The notes under the pieces: model-generated | The model's input: the letters and a program-made list of their open reading frames with translations, nothing else | What the model was told of the DNA's origin: nothing | Databases searched by the model: none | IMG/VR virus record: IMGVR_UViG_3300032237_000566 | Coordinates: 1-29,523 of that record | DNA from: a virus | Lineage: Duplodnaviria; Caudoviricetes | Strand: one strand, 5' to 3' | Length of the DNA stretch: 29,523 bases | Shown: in pieces, positions 16,893 to 25,278 of the stretch | Numbering within the stretch: position 1 is the first letter of the stretch | How the letters are laid out: every line of letters starts with the position of its first letter | Made by a program: the position numbers and the translations under genes

Positions 16893-17826
16893 ACCAGTTC
16901 CAGGCATGTTGAATCATGGCATCCAGATCATGGTGTCTCCATGCACCTGCCACCAGATTAAACTTGTCTGCACTGGCAGTGAGTATGGGCGGATCACCTG
17001 CTCGTGCCGCACCAAACTGTATCGTGGGCATTTTACCAGTAACAGCCTGGGCACGTTCTACTATTTGCTTGACTGAGGTTCCTGAGTTTGATCCGAGATT
17101 GTAGACGCCTGCAGGGATTTTATGATACAAAGACAAAGCGTGGGCTCGGGCGATATCATCCACATGCACGTAATCACGAACACAAGTACCATCATCAGTA
17201 GGATAATCAACTCCATATATTTTAAATGTCCCTTCGTCTCTGGTGGCTTCTAACAATCGAGCAATCACATGTGTGGCACCTGGCTCTTGGCCATGACGAC
17301 CTTGAGGATCTGCGCCACATGCATTGAAGTATCGGAAACTCACATAGTCAAGTCCATAGGCTCGATGATAAGACTTCAAGATCATGTCGATCATGAGTTT
17401 GCTGTCTCCGTATGGGCTCACTGGCTCACAAGGGTCTACTTCGTGACAGGGATTCATGATAGGCTCGCCATAGGTGGACGCCGAGGAACTGAAGATAAAT
17501 TTAGTCCGGGGCATGGCATTACATAAAAAGTCCAACAAATGCAAAGTCTTGACCACGTTGTTGGTGTAGTAGTCCCCAGGATGCGTGATACTTGGGCCAA
17601 CCAGGCTGGTGCCTGCACAATGTACAATGGCTTCTGGGCGCACATCTAACAGTTTTCTATAACTTTGATCGCTGTCAAAGTCACATTGTACAAAATCAGT
17701 AAATGCACCGGTCAACCCTGAGTGGCACGGTCGACGATCAATGCCCAGTACCTGTTGCCCTGCATCTGCTAGGCGCAATGCAATTTGTCCACCGATGTAG
17801 CCCGCGGCTCCTGTTACAACAATCAT
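16882..17826 (-). CDS. galE: UDP-glucose 4-epimerase-like extended SDR
   Basis: VTGAAGYIGG, FSSSASTYG, SPYGDSK (YxxxK), FRYFNACGA, GTCVRDYVHVDDIARAH. Confidence 0.9.
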   Translation of the reverse strand: MIVVTGAAGYIGGQIALRLADAGQQVLGIDRRPCHSGLTGAFTDFVQCDFDSDQSYRKLLDVRPEAIVHCAGTSLVGPSITHPGDYYTNNVVKTLHLLDFLCNAMPRTKFIFSSSASTYGEPIMNPCHEVDPCEPVSPYGDSKLMIDMILKSYHRAYGLDYVSFRYFNACGADPQGRHGQEPGATHVIARLLEATRDEGTFKIYGVDYPTDDGTCVRDYVHVDDIARAHALSLYHKIPAGVYNLGSNSGTSVKQIVERAQAVTGKMPTIQFGAARAGDPPILTASADKFNLVAGAWRHHDLDAMIQHAWNWYVR

Positions 17827-18443
17827 TTTATTTCCGTATGAGTTAAATCGTTTGTTATGGCTGATAGAATTTGTTCAGCAACATAATCACATTCCAACAC
17901 ATGGTCATCGCCATAGGTGTCCTGTACTTGTTGCATGGTCTTGGTACCATTGAAATTTCTATAGCGTATTTTGCTCCTAGTTAGACCAATCTTGGCTTCT
18001 AGTATTTTAATGTGTGTGATTTCTTGAGCGATTAGATCTATGCTGAACTTGCTGGCCACTTTGCTACCAGTGTAGGTGTTATGGAAAACTCTGGGATGGT
18101 CCATGCTGGTACTGCTGAGCCAAACATATTTACCGTGCTTGCGTTGATGTGCAAACTGTTTGAGCAAGAACAAGTTTGAGATATAGTTGACCCTGATCTG
18201 ACTATACTGGTGTTCCCAGGCATTTTTCATGAATCCTTGATAACTGCCTTGGTTGTGTCCAGCACAGTTTATTAGTATATCAATGTCTCGAAAGTCACAC
18301 TCAAACACACGCTCTGGATAGTCAAGGTCAAGATCTTTGCTAGACCATCCTGCAACTTCATAGTCTTCACTATCGGCCATCTGGTGAAACAAGTTACTGC
18401 CTATTCCACCAGTGGCACCAATTATCAAAACACGTTGTGCCAT
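17823..18443 (-). CDS. Short-chain dehydrogenase/reductase
   Basis: IIGATGGIG, DILINCAG, WLSS, YTGSK (YxxxK). Confidence 0.8.
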   Translation of the reverse strand: MAQRVLIIGATGGIGSNLFHQMADSEDYEVAGWSSKDLDLDYPERVFECDFRDIDILINCAGHNQGSYQGFMKNAWEHQYSQIRVNYISNLFLLKQFAHQRKHGKYVWLSSTSMDHPRVFHNTYTGSKVASKFSIDLIAQEITHIKILEAKIGLTRSKIRYRNFNGTKTMQQVQDTYGDDHVLECDYVAEQILSAITNDLTHTEIK

Positions 18444-19645
18444 TTTTTTTCTATTTTAACCACTTGATATTTTTCATGCGGCACATGATCGCGATAACGA
18501 TTTCCCGAACGATTCCACTGATCACCCTGACCGGTAATAATATCAACAATCCGATCAACAGTCCCATTGTTCCAATCACTAATAAGGCCCATGTTGTGAT
18601 GAGGAGTCTGCAAAAGATTACACATTTTGTGATAGGCATCGTCTATACTCCAAGGCACATAGAGCCGGTTAGGGTCATTTGCAAAAGTTTCAGGGAAACT
18701 GCGATAAGCAGGATATAGAACGTTGGCTCCGAGGGTATCTGCTTCACTGACAGTGTTCGACACCCAATCTTGTAGAGCACAATTGAACAGCACACGAGTA
18801 TTGTTAAGGTGAGCATAGTATTCGTTCTTGCTTATGTTATCGTAGATTTGCAGTTGGCCTTCGGCCTCCATACGGCGGGCACGAGCAACATACTCTGGGT
18901 TGTTGCTTCGCAAAGGTCCGCCTGAGTATATGGCAAACTCACATGGCTCCGTGGTGAGTTCACCATACATCTCAATAAGGTCCATAAAGAAGCCAGGTTG
19001 TTTCTCTTGATCAAAACGTGCCGCAAAACCAACTCGTCGCGGACGATCACCAAACGGTTTGATGTTGGCTTTGCCACCGATACGTTCAAGAACTTCATCT
19101 TTCCCAAACGCAAGGCCTGATATGTTGTAGATTGGAGCAGTCCAACCAGCAATCCGCATGTGGGCAACCATTTCTTCATTGGTAGCAAGAACTCCTGTAA
19201 CAAAGTGATTGACCATCTTTTCATATGTGCTCATCCATCCTGCCATGCCCCACACATGCACAAAGTCATCGGGATCGATGGCCTGTGCCAAACAGCGTAT
19301 CCATACTTGTGGGCGTTGTTCTGTAGGAATCTGATCCATGATGTACGGCAGTGATTCAATGCCCGGTTGGAACATGTCTTCAAAGTAGATCACGTCCTCG
19401 CCAGTGACCGCACCGTTCTTCATCATTTGAACCAAGTTCATCATCTGGCTCATGGCAAAGAAACTGCGACCATGTGCATCCAGCACTTGACCTACAGATA
19501 TGGCCTGTGTGTTGTCGATAGTGGTGCCAGGCACATACACAACGTCAAGACCTCTGCGGTCAAACACACGCCGGTTCCACTCGGTCAGTTGTAGTGTGTA
19601 TCGGGCTTCATAACTTTCCAGCCCCATGTAGTACAGTTTCCTCAT
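18425..19645 (-). CDS. GT-B fold glycosyltransferase (GT4 / phage DNA glucosyltransferase-like)
   Basis: RVGFAARFDQEKQP, YYAHLNNTRVLFNCALQDWVSNTVSEADTLGANVLYP...SFPE: nucleotide-sugar-binding C domain. Start at ATGA overlap 19645. Confidence 0.8.
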   Translation of the reverse strand: MRKLYYMGLESYEARYTLQLTEWNRRVFDRRGLDVVYVPGTTIDNTQAISVGQVLDAHGRSFFAMSQMMNLVQMMKNGAVTGEDVIYFEDMFQPGIESLPYIMDQIPTEQRPQVWIRCLAQAIDPDDFVHVWGMAGWMSTYEKMVNHFVTGVLATNEEMVAHMRIAGWTAPIYNISGLAFGKDEVLERIGGKANIKPFGDRPRRVGFAARFDQEKQPGFFMDLIEMYGELTTEPCEFAIYSGGPLRSNNPEYVARARRMEAEGQLQIYDNISKNEYYAHLNNTRVLFNCALQDWVSNTVSEADTLGANVLYPAYRSFPETFANDPNRLYVPWSIDDAYHKMCNLLQTPHHNMGLISDWNNGTVDRIVDIITGQGDQWNRSGNRYRDHVPHEKYQVVKIEKKWHNVF

Positions 19646-19866
19646 GCACGGAACCCTGCAAAGCGACGTGAGTCTTCGTTCCACATGTTCTTGGCATTCT
19701 TGCCCGCATGCCACTTGTTGAACTGTTGCCATGCATAACTTTTGAAGTTATACAGGTCCGACTCGTTGTAACGATATCCATAGTCCTGACAGAACTCCAA
19801 GAACACTTCGAGATCGTTAAAGATCTCAGCCACACGTGGGTTGGATTTGAATGATGGCTTGGCCAT
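19642..19866 (-). CDS. Hypothetical phage protein (74 aa)
   Basis: GAGGA RBS, its own promoter upstream, and translational coupling to the GT-B gene. Confidence 0.8.
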   Translation of the reverse strand: MAKPSFKSNPRVAEIFNDLEVFLEFCQDYGYRYNESDLYNFKSYAWQQFNKWHAGKNAKNMWNEDSRRFAGFRA

Positions 19867-19895
19867 TTGATTTCCTCTTAGTTAAAGTTAAAGAT

Positions 19896-19924
19896 AGTAT
19901 ACAAAATTTATTGATACGTGTCAA
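19896..19924 (-). promoter_or_regulatory. sigma70-type promoter (TTGACA-N17-TATACT)
   Basis: TTGACA at 19924-19919 and TATACT at 19901-19896, ahead of the 74-aa gene / GT-B / SDR / galE / aminotransferase / folE run. Confidence 0.8.
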
Positions 19925-20651
19925 TCCAGTTGTTGACCGATTGTTTGATTTCTTGCGCAAACAATCGATTTCCTTGTATGTTTGGGTGCGACCATGTGAA
20001 CAATTTATTTTTTTCTAATATTTTCCAGGTGACATTGAACAGTTTGTGTATTTCGTTGACCACTGCATTTGATGGCTTGCCCGATAATTCGAAATGTTCA
20101 GGCGGACCGTATTCAGGTATAACCATGCCCTTCAGCCATCTGTGTGCAACATCAGCCGGCCATCCATAGAAACTATTTAGGCCGCAACGTTGCCCAAGAA
20201 AATTTTGCCAACTTGGATGTATCACTGTGATATTATCAAAAGATTCACACTCAACATCGGTGTGAGCACCTATCAAGGCTACTGGTACATCAAGACTGTT
20301 TAGTCGACGATAAAACTGTTGTTCTAGAGTTTTTACTATGTCAATAGGATCTGTACTGGTTAAAAATGCACAAGCAAACTCCACTTGTGACACCTTGGAA
20401 ATTTTGTGCCCGTCATCTAGTGAATTAGCAGTGACAAACACAATTCCAAAAGGTGCTAATTCTGGATTGTGTTGCATAAACTCTTGGGCCGCTTGCAGTT
20501 GGTCAAGATTGCTTTTGGCGTACAATGCCAGCGAAGTATAGTCAGTCAACTCTAACTCTTGAGCAAGATTGGTTTTGACAGGATCGTCGAGACCTTGTAT
20601 TGATTCAAAACTTTGGACCGCCCAACTGGGTCCAAGGTATAGAGTATGCAT
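19908..20651 (-). CDS. Hypothetical protein, SGNH hydrolase-like
   Basis: N-terminal LGPSWA and C-terminal SHPNIQGNRLFAQEI resemble SGNH blocks I and V. Confidence 0.55.
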   Translation of the reverse strand: MHTLYLGPSWAVQSFESIQGLDDPVKTNLAQELELTDYTSLALYAKSNLDQLQAAQEFMQHNPELAPFGIVFVTANSLDDGHKISKVSQVEFACAFLTSTDPIDIVKTLEQQFYRRLNSLDVPVALIGAHTDVECESFDNITVIHPSWQNFLGQRCGLNSFYGWPADVAHRWLKGMVIPEYGPPEHFELSGKPSNAVVNEIHKLFNVTWKILEKNKLFTWSHPNIQGNRLFAQEIKQSVNNWIDTYQ

Positions 20652-21103
20652 TAAATTTTGATTGAAAGATTTGGGCGAGCGATTTCATATTTGATCAAGG
20701 CGCCATTCTCACCGTCTTCAGCAACCTCAATCCATACAGCACGATCTGGATATCGTGCGGCAATTTCAGCATACAAGTCATCAGCCATCATTTCGCAACT
20801 CTTGTAGTCCAGTTGCAAGATACCGTCTTTGTACAAATTTTCTAACCAGCGTTTGAATTGAATAAACTCAATGTCGCGATCGTTGTGTAACACATCAATC
20901 CACACTCTAAAGTGAAATATGTGACGATGTGGTGTGCCCAAAAAACTCACGTCATACTCATCACCTGTGGCCAGAGCAGGATCAGTGGCAGCCGCAGGAT
21001 AGCAATGTATGCCTTCTTTGCGGAACGTGACCCAGATTTTGCGTTCTGCCTGGTTCATGATTCTTGTGGCAGTTTCGTTTAGTGCCTGTTCTCTTTGATT
21101 CAT
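20651..21103 (-). CDS. Divergent QueD/PTPS-like T-fold protein
   Basis: GIHCYP, HRHIFHFRVWI, DRDIEFIQFKRWL, SCEMMA, IEVAEDGENGA map onto the PTPS/QueD pattern (H...HxH...DF..K...E.A...V.E...A). Confidence 0.7.
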   Translation of the reverse strand: MNQREQALNETATRIMNQAERKIWVTFRKEGIHCYPAAATDPALATGDEYDVSFLGTPHRHIFHFRVWIDVLHNDRDIEFIQFKRWLENLYKDGILQLDYKSCEMMADDLYAEIAARYPDRAVWIEVAEDGENGALIKYEIARPNLSIKI

Positions 21104-21492
21104 GCTTTTAGTGCTTCCATGGTAATGATTTTTCCAATCTCCTCACCAACATCTTGATCACCTGAGATCACATGCAGTTCATAAATGCTGTCGCCTGAAC
21201 GGCGGTCTTGTCGGCGAGTTTCAATCACTGTGCCACCATTGGCGCGATACACTTCAAATCTAATGCCAGTGGCACTGATTCGACTGGTTTCCTCTTGCAT
21301 GGGAATATCTTCGCGATCATGGTGATCGCTCATGCTCCATGTGACCAGGCCTTTGATCATTCTTTTAAACATATTGGGTCCTTTGGTTGGATACTTTCTT
21401 GTTGATGCAACTTGTGGTGTTCCATAGATCTTGTTCATTCTACGTTGTTTGGGCTGAACTGCGGCGCCCATGATTGCGGGATACGTTGACAT
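21100..21492 (-). CDS. Hypothetical phage protein
   Basis: 130-aa ORF with TAATG/ATGA overlaps at both ends. Confidence 0.7.
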   Translation of the reverse strand: MSTYPAIMGAAVQPKQRRMNKIYGTPQVASTRKYPTKGPNMFKRMIKGLVTWSMSDHHDREDIPMQEETSRISATGIRFEVYRANGGTVIETRRQDRRSGDSIYELHVISGDQDVGEEIGKIITMEALKA

Positions 21493-22028
21493 TACAGTGT
21501 CTCGTCCTTGGTGTATTGGGACCAGTCAGTAAATGCCGATCTCTTTTGCAATGCATGTATGCTATGACACCACACACCGGGATTTGTCGCTCGAAAGTCT
21601 CGATCGTCCAGTTTGAGTGTGGCATTGTAGCCCAGTTGATTGATATAAGGCAACTTGACCGAAATCATGGGAATAAAGTTGTGCTTCTCTGTCAAGCCTG
21701 ATTCCAACAATCCTTCAACACAGGCAATGTCAATGTCCAAGGTACACACTATGTCATGGTCTAGCACAGCGTAGATCATGCCTTCCCAGGGAGCCCAACC
21801 TGCACCATCATTCACACTCAGGCGAGGAAAACTCATGTTGGCACCAAAGTACACATGTGTGATGTGCTGACTCTCATCCAGCAATGCCCATGAGTCTTTG
21901 ACAATACGTACTATCTCATGATAGTCTTGAACTCCAATCACAAACAGAGTTTTTTTACCGTGTGCAGGAGTGTGTTCAACTTCGGTGCCAACAAAAAATT
22001 TGGCATTATCGTGTTCAGGTCTGTTCAT
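21492..22028 (-). CDS. Hypothetical protein coupled to the transglycosylase gene
   Basis: 178 aa (GTEVEHTP..GKKTLFV, HVYFGAN, TNPGVWCH); overlaps the end of the dpdA-like gene. Confidence 0.75.
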   Translation of the reverse strand: MNRPEHDNAKFFVGTEVEHTPAHGKKTLFVIGVQDYHEIVRIVKDSWALLDESQHITHVYFGANMSFPRLSVNDGAGWAPWEGMIYAVLDHDIVCTLDIDIACVEGLLESGLTEKHNFIPMISVKLPYINQLGYNATLKLDDRDFRATNPGVWCHSIHALQKRSAFTDWSQYTKDETL

Positions 22029-23583
22029 GCTCTAATTGATCTAATGCTGATGTGTCTAATTGTACACTATCATCATTTGGTTGTACAGTCTCAGGTTCTT
22101 CAAATTCAAACAATGCATTGAATTGTGTTCTAGCATTTTTGGTCTTTTTGCCTTTGAATCCTCGTGTGCCCACAATCTCCATCCAATAGGTGTCATACAT
22201 TTCGATTATGGCTTCGGCGGTGTCGCGATCTGGTGCGGCAAAGATTGCTTCCACAATGTCTTCGAACCGGGCGTAGTCACCTGTACTACGACGCATCATG
22301 GCCGGATGCTCTCCTGCATCAAAACGTCGATTGGCTTCTTGTACTGCTGTCAAGTGCATCCAAACATTGTGACCCATGAGCAGTGCATATGAGAAACTGT
22401 CCCAGGATGTTTTGCCTTCTTTGCCAATCTTGTTTAGGTCGCCGGGCCGGTAGATACAGATGTCTTTCATCTTGAGCAGATTGCTGATTGGACTATCCTC
22501 CCAACGAGGATAGATGCCGTCTGCTACTACGCCTGTTCCCCAGTCACGTGTGTCTGTGGAATACTTTTTGTCGTCGGCTGAAGGAGCCATGCGATACGAC
22601 CATTTTGAGTCGTGTTCAAACACATTTTCATAGTAGACCTGTCCGTTTGCTGTTGCAAGGAACGGTGAGGCGCAGTCAAACGAGATTGTGAAAGCGGGAT
22701 TGACATATTTTCTTACAGCCCTTTGGATTACAGTTAATAAAACAGCCCACTCCAGTTTGGAGGTTCCCAAGAAGTGCATCCAATCATGTCGGCCCTCTTG
22801 AAGTAAATTGTCATAGCGTAGTGCTACCAGTCTGCGGAGTACCAAGTGTACATCACACATGTTTTGTCCACCCATGGACCAACCATTGAAGTGAGTGTCT
22901 GGGTACTTTGCAGGGTCGCAGTATTCCTTCATGGTCTCATACCATTGATCTGCTGACGTATGGTTGTCACCTTGCAATACGTTCAAAAACCGGGCACCAC
23001 CATTTGCCACACCTCGACGATGCTTCATAAAGTACTCGTTGTTGAACTTGGTGGCATCTACGGCTTCTTGCAGTGTGGTAATTTGGCAAGCCGCTGATGC
23101 TTTCTTGTCATGGATCACCCAGGTGGGGATATCCAAGATCATGCCATAGTCAGCCACGTTATCCAACCAGTTTAGGATAAGACTTCTTTTCTTTTGAGCC
23201 TTGGCACAACCTGAGTTGGCTCGCCAATCACCTTCCCAAAGACCCTTGGCAATCTGGAACCCTCCAGAGTCTCCCAGTATAAACGTTCCAGGCTCTCGGG
23301 ACCGCACCATGTCTTCTGACCAGTCTTGTTTGGCAAGATCAAGATTGGCATGACCACCTGAGTACAGACTCCACTTGTAAGGGAAAAGAGCCTTGGTACT
23401 GTTGAGCCAATTAAGTTGTTCCATGTCCGTAAGGCCCTGAGGAAATCTCGCTGGATCCACATATGGTTCATTCCTTTGCTTGCCTATGAATGTGGCATAA
23501 AAGCCGCTGATGGCCGGCAAAAAGATTGCATAATCTGATTGCTTGGCAGTCAAGTTGTCTTGCACAACAGAGTCAGTCATCAT
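22015..23583 (-). CDS. dpdA: tRNA-guanine transglycosylase-fold protein, probable DNA deazapurine transglycosylase (DpdA-like)
   Basis: GDSGGFQ, ILDIP, NVLQG, SMGG, HFLGTS, SFDCASP and distal HN: the TGT catalytic motifs. No CxCxxC Zn site. Located with folE/queD/queE and coupled to the clamp gene. Confidence 0.75.
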   Translation of the reverse strand: MMTDSVVQDNLTAKQSDYAIFLPAISGFYATFIGKQRNEPYVDPARFPQGLTDMEQLNWLNSTKALFPYKWSLYSGGHANLDLAKQDWSEDMVRSREPGTFILGDSGGFQIAKGLWEGDWRANSGCAKAQKKRSLILNWLDNVADYGMILDIPTWVIHDKKASAACQITTLQEAVDATKFNNEYFMKHRRGVANGGARFLNVLQGDNHTSADQWYETMKEYCDPAKYPDTHFNGWSMGGQNMCDVHLVLRRLVALRYDNLLQEGRHDWMHFLGTSKLEWAVLLTVIQRAVRKYVNPAFTISFDCASPFLATANGQVYYENVFEHDSKWSYRMAPSADDKKYSTDTRDWGTGVVADGIYPRWEDSPISNLLKMKDICIYRPGDLNKIGKEGKTSWDSFSYALLMGHNVWMHLTAVQEANRRFDAGEHPAMMRRSTGDYARFEDIVEAIFAAPDRDTAEAIIEMYDTYWMEIVGTRGFKGKKTKNARTQFNALFEFEEPETVQPNDDSVQLDTSALDQLEHEQT

Positions 23584-24302
23584 TTGCTTTGTGCTGGCAA
23601 TAGGTAGTTGTAAACTGCAATACCACTGTCAACAGTGATTTCAGCCACACCGTCATCGCTGATGCGTACTTTCTTGTCGCCAGTTAGATCCATGATACTC
23701 ACAAACTGTTTGGCAGGCCAAGACCATGCACGTTTGAGTTGCCCGCTGATGCCAGGGTGGAACACAAAGTTGCCTGAGTGTGTGGAATGATCACCAAAAA
23801 AGAACTTGAGATCGCCGCCGTCTGTTTTGGCCTGGAAGTTGGCTTCTTCTGCATTGGCACTCATCTGCCACTTCATGCGTTGGATAGCCGCATTGGTCGG
23901 CTCAAACTCAATGTGCCAGGTCACAGGACGAACCTTGGCAGTTTTTAGTTTTTCACTCACCACACCCGATGTCATGAATCGATAGTTGTTTTTGAAGTCG
24001 CCAATTTTGTTTTCAAAGTTGATGCCATCCGGTTCTCCTGTTGACCCCTTGGTAATACCAAGTTTGGCATCTTCGCGGTACTCTTGCAAGTTCAACAGGG
24101 TTTTTAGTTTGCCCAGGTTAGGCATACCAAATGTGCCCACAAAGTCTGCCACAGGGTTGTGGAAGTTGCCGCGAATCACAACGCTGAGGTCTTCTGCCAG
24201 GCCAACAATGTCAGTCTTGCTGGTGTCTCCAACGATCTTGACCAGGTCAATACAGCCCAGATCATAAGTGTGTTCTACCAAGTCTAATAAGTAATCTCTC
24301 AT
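23580..24302 (-). CDS. DNA polymerase sliding clamp (T4 gp45-like)
   Basis: 240-aa alpha/beta two-domain pattern (FGMPNLGKLKTLL...YRFM...KVRISDDG..EITVDSG...Y.YLLPA), near the DNA polymerase, with AGGAG RBS. Confidence 0.7.
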   Translation of the reverse strand: MRDYLLDLVEHTYDLGCIDLVKIVGDTSKTDIVGLAEDLSVVIRGNFHNPVADFVGTFGMPNLGKLKTLLNLQEYREDAKLGITKGSTGEPDGINFENKIGDFKNNYRFMTSGVVSEKLKTAKVRPVTWHIEFEPTNAAIQRMKWQMSANAEEANFQAKTDGGDLKFFFGDHSTHSGNFVFHPGISGQLKRAWSWPAKQFVSIMDLTGDKKVRISDDGVAEITVDSGIAVYNYLLPAQSK

Positions 24303-24321
24303 ATGTTTCTCCTAAGTGTTA

Positions 24322-24350
24322 AGTATACAGGTTTCATTCAGTTTTCACAA
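24322..24350 (-). promoter_or_regulatory. sigma70-type promoter (TTGTGA-N17-TATACT) for the clamp-dpdA unit
   Basis: TTGTGA at 24350-24345, TATACT at 24327-24322, followed by AGGAG and ATG 24302. Confidence 0.6.
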
Positions 24351-25278
24351 GTACTTTGGCTAAAGTCTGCCCGCCTCGCAGGCTTGCAAGGTCCCCGGGT
24401 TTGCGGAACTCCAACCAACTTACATCACCCTTGCCATCGTGTGCCGTGACCAATTCAAATCCTGTTTCGTTGGCATGCTGTTCGATCAGCCGGCGAGGAG
24501 TATACAGCATCCAGGTGTGTTCGGCTCGGATCACCCCGTGTGCCAGATTGCAGTTGTTGTAGGTCATAAGCACACTGCCACCGGGTCTAAGTTTTTGATA
24601 AAATTCTGACAGGAATTTGCAAATTATGGGCATGGGTTTGTGATTAAAGTAATGATAGGCAAATATTGTGCCAAATTGGTTGTTGGGCAACTGATTCAAT
24701 ATAGGACCATCTGCCCAGTCGTTGATCACATACTCACGCAGTCTACGTTGATACTCTGGTGTGAACTTGCTGACTGCAGGTCGCATCAGTTCCTGATCAT
24801 GGTCTACCACATACAACGGATCCAACGGTACCATGTCTTCAATGTAGGTTTCCAATCCCGGCCTCAAAATCATACCCGGCAAGCGCCAATCGGTTAAATT
24901 TTTCAGTCGAGTGCGCAACATCAAATCATCATCGTCGTCAATTCTCATGCGTCTATTTAGAATAACATCTGGAGAATTATGTACAAATTCCTCTCTATAC
25001 AAATATAAACTATTGTCAAGATATTCTTGTTCACGCTGAATGATCTCAGATTTAAGATTTTGTTTTAGTTTTTCTATTTCTCCAGTGTACTTTGCAATGC
25101 CACTGGTTATTTCATTGAATACTCTTGCAATACTGTTGCTGGCACTTTGATCTTGATCAGCATGCTCGGTCACAACATGAGTTATGTGATTTAACTTGTT
25201 CGTGGCAATATCGCATTCACGAGCAACGTCAAGTGAATCTAACAAATTCAAGTATGCAACAATTTCGCTTAGTTTCAT
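24334..25278 (-). CDS. Coiled-coil plus degenerate class I methyltransferase-like protein
   Basis: Helical N-terminal about 100 aa; C-terminal LPNNQFGTIFAYHYFNH...FYQKLRPGGSVLMTY. Motif I is degenerate (ILRPGLE). Confidence 0.6.
   Translation of the reverse strand: MKLSEIVAYLNLLDSLDVARECDIATNKLNHITHVVTEHADQDQSASNSIARVFNEITSGIAKYTGEIEKLKQNLKSEIIQREQEYLDNSLYLYREEFVHNSPDVILNRRMRIDDDDDLMLRTRLKNLTDWRLPGMILRPGLETYIEDMVPLDPLYVVDHDQELMRPAVSKFTPEYQRRLREYVINDWADGPILNQLPNNQFGTIFAYHYFNHKPMPIICKFLSEFYQKLRPGGSVLMTYNNCNLAHGVIRAEHTWMLYTPRRLIEQHANETGFELVTAHDGKGDVSWLEFRKPGDLASLRGGQTLAKVLVKTE

Noticed and set aside
18443-18452. A8 run at the GT-B/SDR junction as a programmed frameshift or phase-variation site
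   Set aside because: Both ORFs are intact with a simple 19-nt overlap and no stimulatory structure is evident.
22055-22090. Internal promoter (TGTACA-N17-TACAAT) at the end of the dpdA-like gene
   Set aside because: Both boxes deviate from consensus and lie in coding sequence; too weak to call.
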